This document shows positions 46,058 to 60,720 of a stretch of 64,000 nucleotides of DNA, in pieces. Each line of letters opens with the position of its first letter. Within the stretch, counting starts at the first letter, position 1. The translations under genes were made by a program, and so were the position numbers. Origin of the DNA: the human T2T-CHM13v2.0 reference genome, Homo sapiens. Below the pieces are notes generated by a model. The model worked only from the letters and a program-made list of their open reading frames with translations, did no database searches and had not been told where the DNA came from. The stretch lies in NCBI RefSeq assembly GCF_009914755.1, contig NC_060930.1, one strand, 5' to 3'.

Positions 46058-49000
46058 AAGAAGCTACATTTTTATCTGAACTATCATTTTGATATGGGGA
46101 ACCCTGGACCACATTTAAGAGAAGCACCAGCCAAGAGCAGGGACTTTCAAACACTTTTAACCACAACCTAGAGTTAAGAAAACATTTTATATTGTGACCC
46201 ACCATTCATATACATGTGCCCACAAAAATGTGAACATTCTGATATTTTCCAACTCTATTCCATTCCATTGTACTTTTTAAAACTAATGGTCAAGTTTCAT
46301 AAATTGATTTTATTTCCCATTAGTGGGTCACAATTTGCAGTTTATAAAATACTGACTTAGAAAGGTTATATTTGTACCATGTGCCTTCTTTTTTCCTGAT
46401 TTAAGAGTTTGCACATTAGCGAGACAGAAAGTCCAGCTGTCATTCCTGTATACCTCAGTTAGCTCACCTGATTATTCCAGGCAGGGCTGGATTTACTCCT
46501 TATCCTCTGTTCCCAGAAAGAAAAGGATGAAGTTTTTTCCCTTGAAAGGGTTTTTGAAAGTGTCATTTAACTAGCGATTTCCGTTAGTCCCACCACTCCA
46601 CCAATACGAGTTATGGCAGCTCTGTGTCCCATTAGTGAGCTCTTTCCCCTTCAGCTCTGTGGGACAGGCTGCAGGGCCCAGATCTCTCTGAGCATCTCCT
46701 ACCTGGCACAGCACAGGATTTATTTAGCATTTGGCCTAGGGTTTGTCCCACTGTTTCAGAGTTTGCTACCATTACTGTAGTAGGTATGAATAATTTTTCA
46801 AGTGTAAGCTTGTGACTTCTTTTTTTGCTCCTGAAATTATTGATCAAGGGGATTTCTGAATGATTTTGTGTTGGATTTAGCTAAAAAGAGTTTTATTTTC
46901 CTCCTGCTGCTGAAATGATCTCACATACCTTCATCTTAGCAAGTCCTTTAGATTTCATTTGGGAATTAAGATATGAAAGCTCTTTCCAGGGTTATTTTTA
47001 TGGGATGAGTATGTAAGCTGAAAATAGGAAATATAGTTTGGTTAAGGGGAGCTACATTTGGGATGATCAAGCACAAATTCCTAATTTATTTTATGTTAGC
47101 AACAGAAGGCTGTCTTTGTTTTTCTTCCTTTCCTCTCCTTTTATTCTTTTTTTTTTTCATTTATTCAGCTACCTATTTGACACATATTTATTGGAGCCTA
47201 CAGTGTACCAGGCACTGGTGTAAAAATGCAATACCAATATGTCCTGATACTCAGGAGACTACAATCTAATGGTGAGGGAGACTCTAGTTAATCAATGATT
47301 ATAATATTTTAATGAAAGAGGTATCTGAGTCAGGGCAGTCAGGTAAAGCTGTTCCAAGGGGGTGACACTGAGCTAAATTTCAAAGGGTGAGTACAAGGAT
47401 GAAGAAGCCAAAGAAGGAGGTAATAGAGACTTTGTCTTAGTTTGGGTTTCCCTGAATTCAGAGCCTGCAATAAGGACTTAGAGGCAGGTAGTTAATTTAC
47501 AGCATGAGCCCCAGAAACTGGAGTGAGAGAGTGTGAGACAGAGAAAGAAAAACAAAGTCAAAGTAGATTGAGCTCATTGCCAACTATGGACAACTGGGAC
47601 TTAATTCCACTGGGGACCTCTGGAGGAATGTAGGTACTATAGAATTATCTCTCCTCCCAAGGACAAGTGGTGGGGGTTCTGTCCGTTGTCTCCTATCTTT
47701 ATTGGGATACAGGATGTGTGTGTGTGAAGGCTGGGGTGGAGGAAACATGAAGAACTGACTGGTTTTTCTCATTCTTTGTGGCTAGTGACAAATGGGGTGC
47801 AGTTGAGGGGGTTTTTAAAATCTTGTATTATTTTCTAAATGTTCTTCATTTCATGTGAGTTGAGGCTTACTTAAATTTTCCTCAATCCAGCTCATGATTC
47901 CTTGCAATTTGAATAGATTATTTCCATAGTCTGATCTCAGTGTTAAGTGATGTGAATGTTCATTTGTTTCCATGTTCTGTGTTTTAGTGAAAAGTTAATA
48001 GTCTCGAGAAGGACTGTTCTCTTGATGGCATTTGGAACCTCTGTATAAGTTTACCATACCATACTTTCTCATATGAAAAGAAGTATAATATCATCTTAAA
48101 TAGGAACATCCTTGGAAATCAACTTTTGCTTGATGAAAACCTTTCTAGAACTGCTTCTTGGGTTTTGTTATTCCTTATTTTTGTGAGTGCAAGAAAGTAA
48201 TCAGAAGAATTATATTAATTTATTCATGATCAGTAAGCAATAGAGACCATACCCAGTCTCATAATTATAATGTTAAAAAGGACACTGTGCACTAATACAC
48301 GAAAAAATGTGGATCGAAAAATAGTTTAATAATTTAAAAGCAAAATATAAAATTTAGGAGTACAATTTATCAATAAAATATTATTTTCTCATATCCTCTG
48401 AAATCATATAATCAAGTTAGAATAGATTTCCTCATAATAAAGTAATTTGTAATAGAGACTATTCTCTTGCATAAGTAAAAATTTTAGTATGAGATAAAAT
48501 CATTGCTAGAAATATTAATCAAATGTTAACCTGCTTTTTATTCTTTATATTTTCCAGATTCTATTTTTGAAATGACTTATAGTACTTCCTCTAAACATTA
48601 CAATTTATGATTTTTTATTATTTTAAAGTTGGCATCCTGAGATTACTTGTTTTTTAGCAGATTCAACCTTATGTTAACTTCAAGATGAAAAAGGGCTTAG
48701 TTGTAAACAGCTACTTCAAAGTAGAGGTTTATGAGATTTAAGAGCTTTCTTAGCACTAATAAGAAAGAATACTGCAAATAATGACACTCCATCACTAGCA
48801 TGTATTTTATAGTCCATATTTAGTTCTTTTTTCCCTTGGAACTTTGGAGTAAACAACCCATTCTTTGTGGGTAACATGGTCTTAAATAATTAAAAAATAT
48901 TTTTAGGGTAAAAACCTTTTACTTCATTTGAGAATTTATGTCTTATGGAATTAGGTTTTAAGGCTGTGGGTGCTCAGATACAATTATTTATCAATAAGGC

Positions 49001-49435
49001 ACCTTATAAATGCACATTATGACACCATAAAGAATAGACATGCAAGTATTGTCATGTCTGCTCTAAAAGTAGAGCTAGTGAATTACAGATTATAATTAGA
49101 ATGAGAGACTAAATGATATTTAGGGCCATGTGCAGGGCTTACTTCTTGAAATACATGGCTGCCAAATGCTTATGGTCACATTTTAAATATTTATTTAAAT
49201 CCAAGGGGCCAATCACTTTTTATACCCAGTCTTCAGGACCACCTGTCCCAAGCTACAGTTAGCATGCTATTAACTACTGTTGTTTCCATGATCACTAATA
49301 GCATCCATTTCTCTTATTGCACAGTATTTCAACATGATTATAGGAACATTCGAATTTTAAACTTGGAAAGAACTTCTAAAATTATATGTATGGAGTGCTT
49401 TTCCATTTCAAAATCAGTTAGGTATATGGAACACT

Positions 49436-49805
49436 CACATAAATGTTTAGTAACTGGTTCTCTAGGGGAAAAAGCCCTGATTTAAAACTTTTGACAGTCT
49501 TTGTGGTGTAAATATTCCCACCATTTCAAGCTTCCAACGTTACTTCACGGAATGTGCCATTGTTTTTGTAGTATTTCTACCACACAGATACATGTAAATA
49601 AACTTGACAGCCTAAATAATAGAAATATGTAGTAAAATAATTAGGAAGTAATGAATTTTGAATATTTGTAGCCGTTGTTTTTAATATAATTTACTTAATT
49701 GTAGGTTTATATAATTTAATTTTTTTGAAAAAGGCTTGCCAAGTTCCTAAAATTTAACAGTTAGCTCCCATGAGCTGGTACAAGACAGCTTCAGTATGCT
49801 ACTTG
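49436..49805 (+). mobile_element. MER63B-like hAT element
   Basis: TAAATGTTTAGTAACTGGTTCTCTAGGGGAAAAAGCCCTGATTT...GTGGTGTAAATATTCCCACCAT. Confidence 0.65.
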
Positions 49806-51011
49806 GCTGTAGAGATATTATAGCAGATTTACAGATGAGGAAACTGGAGCTCAAAAGGAAGAAAGGAAATTAACATGTATTGACCACTTATTTGAAGCCA
49901 TGCAGGATATTGGACAATGTCATAACTCATATAAGCCTCAAAAAACTTAGTGAAATAAGAAGTATTATTCCAGTTTTACAGATGTAAAAACAGAATTTTC
50001 CAAGAGTCATAATGCTATTAAGTGACAAAATCAAAATTAGAACCCAGATTCCTGGTTCACGGGATTCTTACTTTTGTTTGCACTAATATATCTTGCCCTC
50101 TAATTTCCATATAAGTCATGTTAGAACACCAGAGATGATCATGTCACACATGGCGAGATACAGCCATGGGCCCTGTGCCTTTTAAGACACTATTTTTTTA
50201 GACGTGAATATGGCTATGGATTTTTAAAATTGCAATATATAAACAGTGGGTAATTATAACTGTGTTAATCTGATTTCAGAGATAAACTGGCTTTAGATTT
50301 TTAGTAATTAGAAAGCTTAGCTAAAAATAAGCATGAACAGGAAAAATAGTAGTATATATAGATATATATACTACATATTATGTAGGCTTTTCAAGTAGGG
50401 TTGATATTATCAGCATTCTCAATGTAGTATAGAAGTTATCATATTGAGTAGTAAAATACAGTGATGGGTGAAGAACATAAAACAACAAAAATTATAATTA
50501 CTTTTCGAGAACTCAATACTGTTAGGACCAATGGCTCAATACAGAGATGAGATAGAAGAGAGAGATGTTCAATAAACAATGTCTAAGGCAAATCTTTTAT
50601 TCAGAGTGAATAACTTGGTACCTTTGTTATAGTATGATGCTTTTAGTCAGATATCAACAACAAATAGAAATCAACATAGAACAAGCTAATCTTCATCATG
50701 AAGTTCTTTGCAATCACTTTGAAGATTAATGTAATGTGATATTATTATACACTATTATACAAAAAAGACAAGTGCAAATGTTGTAAGAGAAAAAGATATT
50801 AAATAGCCATAAAAGATTCTAATTATAATTAAGGCACCTTGTAAGGACAATAAAAATGGATTTAAAAGTGAAAGATCTATCTTTTCGGAAGTCTCATTTT
50901 AAGTATATTGTTAATTCAAGTTAATTTTTAAAAATGTTTTTCAAGCCGCATAAGGTTTGTGAGAATTTCTGTTCCAATATTATGGTAGTCACAAATAAAT
51001 ATTGGAGATTT

Positions 51012-51092
51012 TATATATATATATGTGTATGTATATATATTATATATATATGTGTATGTATATATATTATATATATGTGTATGTATATATAT

Positions 51093-51133
<41 letters not shown>
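51012..51133. repeat. Compound (TA)n/(TG)n microsatellite with ~25-bp higher-order units
   Basis: Three TATATATGTGTATGTATATATAT units followed by (TG)13 and (TA)n. Confidence 0.95.
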
Positions 51134-52174
51134 TTAAAACAGGTACTGTGCATCTTACTTAGTATGATTAAAATAAAAGAGTTCAGAACCATTTGGTCCA
51201 GAACCAAATCTGTCTCTTTGTTTGGTCAATAGGAACTGCACTTATTTCAAGACTGAAAAGTACTTTAAATTTGGAATGTTGGAGGTACCTTGGTAATGTA
51301 AATTTTTGCATTTCTTTTATGCTCTCCTGTCTTCTAAGTGTTTTAACTTCCATCACAATGAAATTTCTTCCTTCAAAATTATATCACCAAAAATGACATT
51401 TGGAACAAACATCAAATTTAAACAGATTTCCTTGCTTCTTGTCCATGTTCTTCTTGGAAGCCACAGAGAGGATGGCCTTTGGGTGATCCACTAGTTGTTT
51501 CTAAATGGGAAGCTCCCTGCTTTTCCCCAAGGCACTGGCAGCTCTTTCACACATTGCCACTAGCAATGAACAGTCTCAGAAGTTCTTGAAAGATGGTTTT
51601 GTCACTTGTCTTACCTCTCTGCCTGCTGACTTGAAGCCTGACAAACAATGATAAGTGAGAGTGACAAATGGCCATTACTTACTATCCTAGAGATCTCCCA
51701 TAAGGAAAAGGCCTGAATATGGAGCTGGACATGCCTCCATTACACTCCCAACTTGAAGAAAGCAAAACCCAATACAACTAAAATTGTCTAATTAAATTAT
51801 TTGCAAGTAAATAAGTTAGTAAAGGAAGGCACTCATACCCAAAAGAATGTGAAAACAAGAACATAGAGTTAGAGTTTACCCATCAACTTATCTTAATGTG
51901 TTTCTAGTATCTTTATACAGGCATTTTTGTTTCAGTAATAATGTATGCTAACAGTATCTAATATGTAAACAACTTAGCTTATTGTTCTAACAGTGCTTCT
52001 AATTGTTCTATACTGTGGAATTATTATAAGGCATACTCATTGCGTATCTTATCCAAGGACAGTTATTATTGGAAGTGCAGGAAAACCTAATTAAAACACT
52101 TTAATAATTCAACACAGTCGTCCATTACCAATCTGTGACACTGTGTGGATTAGATGTATATCGCATGCTTTACA

Positions 52175-52717
52175 CAGTAGTGTCCCCTTATCCACTGGGA
52201 ATACATTCCAAGACCCCCAGTGGATGCCTGAAACCTCAGATAGTACCAAACCCTGTATATAATATGTTTTTTTTCCTATATATGCATACCTATGATAATG
52301 TTTATTAATTAGGCACTGTAATAGAGTAACAGCAATAACTAATCATAAAATAGAACAATTATTACAAAATGCCAGCATCACTACTCTTGCATGTTTGGGC
52401 CATTATTAAGTAAAATAAGGCTAACTTGAACACAAGCACGTAAGCACTACCATACCACAAAAGTGGATCTGATAACTGACATGACTGTTAAGTGACTAAT
52501 GGACAGGTAGTGTATACAATGTAAATATACTGGAAAAAAGGATGATTCACGGGATGGAGCAAGATGGCACAAGATTTCATCAGGCTACTCAGAATAACAT
52601 GCAATTTAAAACTTATGAATTTTTTATTTTTGGAATTTTCCATTTAATATTTTCAGACCAAGGTTGACCATGGGTAACTGAGCAGAAAATGAAACTGAAG
52701 ATAAGAGGGGACTACTG
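52175..52717. mobile_element. MER44-family Tigger element with both TIRs
   Basis: TIRs CAGTAGT..CCCCTTATC and GATAAGAGGGGACTACTG, followed by TA. Confidence 0.8.
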
Positions 52718-53544
52718 TACTGTTGCACCTCAGTGTTAACCATTACTTCTCTTTTTGCTCCAAGATTCAGAAATCTAGGCAGGCCAGGATAGTCAAGATC
52801 TGATTTGTTGTCTGGTGATTCAGCCAAAAATCATCAAAGAAGCTTCCTCCCCAAATTCCTTGCCTTGCTTCATTATCTGTCCTCTGCATTTTTCTTAACA
52901 CTATGAAAATATAATAGAGACCAGGAGAAAATTTATCTCTCTCTTGCTAACCATGTCTCATATATTTGTCTGAGTGTATAAGCATTATAATTATAGACAC
53001 TTCCAAAGAACATAGAGATAAAAGGAGACATCTAAATCAATGTCCAGAATGTCAGAACTGTTATTACTTAATATGAGACAGAGAAGCAGTTTATAGTTTT
53101 GAACATTTGTCTTAGGATTAAGAAAATGGAAGAGAAGCCTCTTGGGTTTGGTGTATAAGAAGAGATAGCAGCAAATTGTTTTGTGAAAGAGACATATATG
53201 AGAGTACACGGAGAGGCTGATCGCGGGACCTGGAATCATACTACACTGGGTTCAAGTCCCTGCTCCACCTCTTTCTAGTGTGTCTGTATCACCGTGGGTG
53301 AGCTACTTAACTCTCTGTGTCTTAGTTTCCTCGCCTTTAAATGACATGGATCCACCATTGTGTATCATACAGAATACCTGCACTGTCCTAAAAATCCTCT
53401 TGAGTTCTGCCTGTAAATTCCTTCTCCCAACTGGTGCAACCACTTATCTTTTGACTATTTTTACTTTAGATTTAAGATAATTTATTCATCATTTGTTTGG
53501 ATTTTTAAAAGATTTTGACTTCTTTCTTTTTGCCTCAGGAAAAA

Positions 53545-53983
53545 TCAGCATGGTTTGTTGTAACAGAATACCTGAGACTGGGTAATTTATAAAGAAAAAA
53601 GATTTCTTTAGTTCACAGTTCTGCAGGCTGAGAAGTTCAAGAGTATGGCCCTGACATCTGGTGAGGGCTTTCCTGATGCGTCACAACATGGTGAAGGTCA
53701 CAGGGGAAACCGACACATTTGAAGAGACAAAACCCAAGGGGCATCCTGGCTTCCTAACAGCTCAGTCTTACAGGAACTGATCTAGTCCCATGAGACCTAA
53801 TCCAGTCTTGCCAGAGCAAGAACTCACTCACTACTGCAAGAACAGCACCAAGCTATTTATGAGAGACCCACCCCCAAGACTAAAACACTTCCCCTAGGCC
53901 CCACCTCCCGACACTGCCACATTGGGGATCAAATTTCAATGTGAGTTTTGATGGGAACAAACACAGCATATCTAAACCACAGC
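53545..53983 (-). mobile_element. MST-type MaLR solo LTR
   Basis: TAACAGAATACCTGAGACTGGGTAATTTATAAAG...GGCCCCACCTCC...GGGGATCAAATTTCAA...AAACCACAGCA. Confidence 0.8.
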
Positions 53984-53984
53984 A

Positions 53985-56900
53985 ATAACAATAACAGCAC
54001 ACCTAACATTTACTGAGTGATTGCAATATGCCAGGGACTGTCCTGAGAAGCTTACATATATTGACACATTTCATTGTCAGAGCAATTATGCAACTAGACA
54101 CTAAAGTTAGCTCCATATTATAGATGAAAACGTAGAGAGAAATTCGATGACTTACTCAAGTTCACACAAGCAAGTGCTAAAGCCAAGTTTTGAACCCAGA
54201 TAGTCTGTCTTCAACCATCATTATCTGATGAAATCAAAGCTTTTAAGCTTTATAAATCATATATGAATTATTTACGTAGTATAGAGCTAGCATTCCCGTT
54301 CAATGAATGATTATTCAAATATTACTTTAAAAACAATTTTTCCTTGAGGAAGTATAATCACAAATAACAATGTTCCTGAGAATTCAGAAAAAAAAGTATA
54401 TTCTTTGGTTCTTGTGTCAGTCATGGAGACAGAAGCCCCTCTAGGTATTTTAAACAGAAGTTACTTAATACGGCAAATTGGTTACAAAATGTCGGAAAGG
54501 CTGGAGATGCAAAAAAGAAGGTGGTGCAGTTACCCAGAGATTGATGACAATATGAAGTCACTAGCACATAAGCCTGGAAGTAAAGGGGAGAATGCTGTTA
54601 CTCAGAGTCCACACTCACTGTAACTAGGGTTACTGGAGTATCCACCCATGCTGTGGGCCCATTGGAACCACAACAGCTACTACCTTGCGGAAAGCCAGGA
54701 GTCAAGAAACTCAAGAGTTACCTGCGCCCACCACAGCTGTTGTTGGAATGAGATCCAAGGCTGCCAGAGTGTGCACTGCTTCCGTCACCTCTGAAACCAT
54801 GCTTCTAGAGCAAGAAGCCTGGACCTCACACATACCTACTGCTGTTGTTACCACCTAGGACAAGGTCAGAAACAGAGAAGGAAAAGAAAAGTGGCTTATC
54901 CCTTTATGCCACCTTACATCTCCTGCCATTGCCTCCCATTGACAAGACTACTCTGCAGACACCTGACAAGGGAATCTGAGCAATAGAGGTGGCAGAACTC
55001 CAGTCCCCAGTAATGCAGAGAACATCCGAGCCAACAGGCAACTTTCTGTTGTAGCACTTTGTTTGTTTTAGAAACAACAGGAACCATTTAAAAATAAACA
55101 TATATTGATGAACTTATTACTCAAAAGAACAACCAGGGTTATTAGTTGCCAACACTAGGTCCCACCATATTTAGTTTAAGCAGGAAAGTCAGTCATTAAA
55201 GGATATTCTGGATAGTCCACAGAGATCACAGAGTCTCTGGGGGGTTGGGCTATGAGGGTACCCAGCCAGATAAAATGCCTGGACTGTACCCCAGGGCTGC
55301 TTCAGCAAAAGCACCATTGCCATCTCTGGGCACAGACACCATGCTGTGTATGGCTAACACTGGGCATTAACCACCAGAACCTCCACTGTCTATTCTCATC
55401 AAAAAATGGATTCTACACAATGCCTGCATCTACACTTTGCTCTCTTTAGAATCAAAGTCTTGCACTGTGTCTTTATCACATGCCTATCTGCAAGAGAGGT
55501 GAGGCAAAGCAAGTCTCTGGCATCTACCTTAGGAATGTGGTACTCATAATGTCATTCAATCCTGGAGATAAACCATTGTTTGCAAATTACCTGACATAAT
55601 GACCATGTGGCCAGTAATGTTTGTTTGATATACATGCTACACGCCAGCTACAATTCTAATCATTTTACAGATATTCATAGTGCTCTATGAGGTAGCTACT
55701 ATTATCATTTCTGTTTTGCAAATGAGGAAGCAGAGCACAAAGGGATCTTTTTAATGAGCTCATGGTCCCATAGCTACAAACTGCCAGACCAGGATCTGAA
55801 CTTAGGTTTCCTGGCTTCTAAGTTAGCTCTTAGCCACTCACCTGTACTGTACATGACAAATGTCCCGTAAACAGTAGCTACTTCTGTTCATCTTTTTTTC
55901 CTGGCACTTATGACATAAAGAGGGGAGAGGTCAGAGGATGGTGGAGAGGTCCTCAGAGGCCAGGTCATTAAGGAGCTTGGAATCATATTGAGGAGTAAGG
56001 ATTTTATTCTAAGGGTGACCAGTTCCCAATCCAACAGTATATTCACACCCCCTGAGCTGGAGCATTGGCAGTGGAAGTCAGATCTGTGACCAAGTGACAG
56101 TTAAGAGTACAAAGAGGGAGAGGAGAAGGGGACCAAATGTAGAATTCTTCTTGTTGTTGGTATTGTTTGGTTTTAAAACATTTTTTTTTAACATGGGTAG
56201 GAAGAAGAGTCCAGGAAGCAGGCTCAAAAAGACTGATCAGAGAGGTAAGAGAAACAAAGGAGGCTGTTATTCTAGACTCCAGGAGAGATCATTTGAAGAG
56301 GGTGAGAGTGGTCAGGAGCCTCAGCTACTGCAGGGAGGTCAAGGAAGAGAATGAGAAACTGGTCTTTAAATTGAGAAACTTGGAGATTATTGAAATTATC
56401 TTAGCAATAGTAATTTCAATAGTATAGTTAAAGTAGATGCAAACTGCAAAAGACTGAGGGATTAATAGCAGGATGTGGAGATAGAAAGCACAAACAACTT
56501 TTACTTGATTGAGACGAGAAAGAGTAAGAATATATCAAGGTTAGCTTCTTTTTTATGGGAGAAACTTGAAAATGAAGGAAGCTGAAGGGAGGATCCAGTT
56601 GAGAGAAAATTGATGATGTAAGCAAGAGAAGAGATAATGACAATGGAGAGACCTTGAGTAATTGGGAGAAGAATAGATGGAGGGACCAGTCTTAGGTAAT
56701 AGTTTCTTTCTGCAGGACATGAGGAAAAAATGGAGCAGTTATAGACACATCTGTCTGTGTGGGGAAAGGAGTGTGAGAAAGTCCTCTCCTAAAAGACACC
56801 ATTTTTTTCCCTATGAAATATGAGAAATATCATCTGCTGAGGGAGAAGAGTTTCAGGATGGGATATGGTGTCTAGGGAGAGTGTTGGAGGTTAGGAACAG

Positions 56901-57420
56901 CCACTGAAGGGAATGGGAAAGACAGCTCATCAACCAAAAGGTGGCTCGGTGGCTCGGTGGCTCAGTGGCCCAGGGAGCTTGGCTGAGGTGAGAGGCAGTA
57001 TATTTTTAGCATGAATTTCTGCATTAGTTTGCGAGAGTCTGGCCATAGGGGCATAGATCTGAGAAAGGTCCTCAATTAGCAGGGCTTGAGCAGAGGCATT
57101 GATTCTGAGAAGAAATGTGCTGAAACAATGTGCCACCAAGTCTAGGCTGGATCAGAAGAAACTGGGAGAGAGAGGGGTCCCAGGCTGGTGCAGGGGAATG
57201 GAGGATGACCTGTGATCACAGCACATTGGCAACTTTCATGAGTTCAAAGATAAAATATGTCAGGAGCAATGGAGTGAGATTTTTGGAAGGATAAGGACTG
57301 TGATCATAGTAGGATATTGAAGCTGTTTCAGGTGATGATGCCTTAGGGTACGAACCTGGGAGTGGATCAAGGCAAAGGCTGCTGGAGAAAAGCTCAGAGT
57401 TGAGATGTTTCAAGAATATT
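53985..57420 (-). mobile_element. Mosaic of MIR (~53985-54230, ~55620-55850), ancient LTR-like pieces and L2 (~55930-57420)
   Basis: MIR motifs (AACATTTACTGAGTG, TTTGCAAATGAGGAAGCAGAG) and purine-rich L2-like tracts; boundaries are rough. Confidence 0.5.
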
Positions 57421-58759
57421 TAGAGCTGTAACCTAAGAAACAAAAATTACTTTTTAAGTGAAATTTTTTATTTATCTAGAATCAGGAGGGTTTTTTTTTC
57501 CTGCCCACAACTCAGCTGAAATGATGATGCAATTACTTTAGTGAATATCTCATTTATCAACTTAGACCTGTTAGTTGTTCTTTAATCAGTGTTGCTATGC
57601 AGAAATGTTCATGATTGTCCTACATAAGGCAGGCTAACTCATAAAACAAATAAACCCAAAAATGTATCACGGCCTAAGCATGATAGAAGAAATGGTATAG
57701 ACTATGCTTCAGCCTAAGAACCAGGCAGATAGTTGATTGAATCTATAAAAAAATTTTTTTAAAGAGGATGGGATTAAATAAGATATGGATATATAATACT
57801 TGGCTGCTTTTCCTTTGCTTTTTATTATTATTATTATTATTTTTAGTTTCAGTTACTGGCAAAGCATCGCCAAAAGGGTATCCATACTTAGAAATGCATG
57901 CAGGATCACTCAGTGATGTGCTAAACACTCATCAAAAGCAGAGATAAGGGATTTTGGCCAAGGACAGATAACAGAGGATGGATGGCCTAAAGAGGAGAGA
58001 AAAGGACACTTACTGACTGCCTGAAACAGGAGTGGCTGCTGGCCCCAAGATCAACAGCACCAAAGTGGAACACATTGTCTTCCTCTCAGAACAAACGCCT
58101 CTGCCTTCCAACTTCTTTATTTCTGTTAATGCCCCCACCCCATCCCCCAGCCCAGTCTTCTAGTTTGCTGGACGTGGACACTGGAAGTCACTGTGTGTTT
58201 CTCACATTCTTCTAAGTCCTACAGACATCTCATAAGTCATCAAAAGCCTCTCGATTAATCCTTCATCACATCTCCAGCAGCCTGAAGAATGCTTTGTCAG
58301 GCTCATGACACTCTGCTGCTGGAGGAGCAGCAGTGGGAGGGGTTGTGGGGCCATTCTTCCTTAGCCGTCCTACCTGGTGGGTGACTCTGTGGGTTTTCTG
58401 GCAGGTGGTTGGGATTGCCCTAGAAGTGCTTCTGTGGATTGGGTGATGAGACTCTACTCTTCCAAGACTCTGCACCCCTCCAACCCTGGGATAAGATTCT
58501 GTTAAGTGCACTGCAACCTACATGCCATTTTTAAAAGGCAAAGCAGAAATATAGGGCATTGCTTTATAGATTAAAAGCTTTCCAGGAACTGTATGGCACT
58601 GGTTTTTAAAAACCACGCACACACATGCACACACGCAAATATGCACATTTACATACACAAACTTTTTTGAAAATTCTCACGTGTGAGTGTATTTAATTCT
58701 GCTTTATAGTCAAATCACAACACCAAAGAGGCACCCCTTAATTAGCAATATTCTTATAC

Positions 58760-59150
58760 AGAGATGTTCATGGCTATGCTAGCTAGGGTAGGCTAATTGG
58801 TGAAACATATAAACCCCCAAATGTATAATGAAACAAAAAAGAGGGCAATTTCTTGCTTGTATAAGGTCTAAAATGGGTTTTTCTCATTGACGGCTGGCTC
58901 TCTTTTCAGCAGGAATTCAGATCCTTTTCATCTGTGACTCTGTCATTTTCAACATGTGGCTTCAAAAGTCTGCTTCAAGCCAGTGAAAAGAAAACAAATA
59001 TGAAGAATAGACTTTTCCAGGCCTGGAAGTGGCACTTATGACTTTCACTCACATCCCAACAGCCAGAACTCAGTTATATGGGAAATGTAATCTAACTATG
59101 TGTCCATGAAGAACAGGACATCCGGGAAGCAATTAGCAGTTTTTTCTACA
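58760..59150 (-). mobile_element. Old MLT1-type LTR
   Basis: CCAGGCCTGGAAGTGGCAC...TCACATCCCA...GCCAGAACTCAGT...GGGAAATGTAATCT. Confidence 0.55.
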
Positions 59151-60319
59151 ATGGTATAGCAACTGGATCAGTGTGGAGAATTTACAGGGCATCAAAGAAG
59201 AACCACTCTTCTTTACCCAACATGGTGGTGTAGGTACACTAGAAACTCTTGGTGGAGGAATAGGTCAGACCTATAAGTGAACAGGAAGCCAGTGGTTACA
59301 TTTAGGGGGAAATATTTGAAATTCTAATAAAGTTTTTTCATTGTCTAAAATATACTGAAAGGAATTTTCTTAAATGAACACATTCTTCAATAATACAAAG
59401 TTGGCAAATTGGCAGGTTGGGAAGTAGGCAGTAGCAATGTGAACCAGTTGGAACTAGACAAGAAGCCCAGACTAGAAAAACAAAGCCCAGGCAAAAATCC
59501 AAGAATGCCAGGGCAATACCAGCATGAGAAATCAGATAAGTGAATAGAAACCAGGAAGCCATAGAAATTTTGGAGCAGAGTAAAATTAAAGTTACAAAAC
59601 CTGGATGGGAGAGCTGGTCCTACTATTTACAGATGGACACAGGAGAACCCGCTTAACTTCTCTGAGTTTGTTTATTCATGTGTAGACTTGGGGTAATCAT
59701 ATCTACCTCATAATAACTGGAGAATCAAGTGAGATGATGCAATGAAAACTCATGTACCCTGGCAAAAGGAGAAAATGGGCTAATTTTAAGTGTTTTTGTT
59801 TTTATAAGCTTAGGGTTAAGGAGGGAACAGTGCTATTTAGGAAGAAGAGGAGTTGAAACCTCTTTTTTTGACAAATAAATCCCTGGTCCTGAACTGGCAG
59901 AAAAGGTTGAGAAGAACTACTTTGTGTAAACTCTATCTTCGTGGGGAAAACTTGCAGATTCAGTTTCCTTTATAAAAGTCCATTCTTCCTGCCGTCCTGC
60001 ATGCCTTTCTCCCTCACTCCTTTCTCTCTGCTTTTACTTCCTCTTTTTACTTTTCTCCTTTATTTTTCCTCTATTTTTTTTCTCCATCTAGTTTCTTTGT
60101 TAGGTGAGCCTGGACAGTGAGGAGAGTGTAACCAATTTCCTGTATAAGGATTCTAGACAGGAGCTTGCTAAGGTTGGGTTTTAAGGGTTCAATCAGTAAT
60201 AGAAACAAAAAGGATGTGCTCCTGGCAAATGTGTTGTTTGATGTAACTCTTTAGGGGAAAAACTGGCAATATACACTCTTAAGTTGATCATTCTCTTTGA
60301 CCTGCAAGAATTTTTCATG

Positions 60320-60720
60320 GTATCCAGTATAGGAAATAATCAGAAAAAATAGAAGCCTTATGAATAAAGATGTTCATCGTAGTTTTACTTATAGCAATAA
60401 AAAGTTTGAAACAGGCTGAACGCTCAAAGGAAGACAAATGGTAAATTCAACTACGTTATATTAACACAATAAAATATGTAATTAATCATGTTTTGAAGCA
60501 CCTTGGTAAAATGGAGAGTATCATGGTAAAATAGCAAATGAAATTAGCAGATTGCCAAATGATCACAACCAGGCCAAAGGCGCAGGGAGAAAAAACATAG
60601 AAGGAAATGGATCATAATGACATCAGTTGCTGTTCATGAGTGGATAAATACACTTTTTTATTATTTCTACTTTTCCATATTTCCTATATTTTATAATGTA
60701 CCTATATTATTCTTGTATTT
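60320..60720 (+). mobile_element. Ancient L1 (L1ME-like) 3' fragment
   Basis: AAAGATGTTCATCGTAG...TATAGCAATAAAAAGTTTGAAACA. Confidence 0.5.
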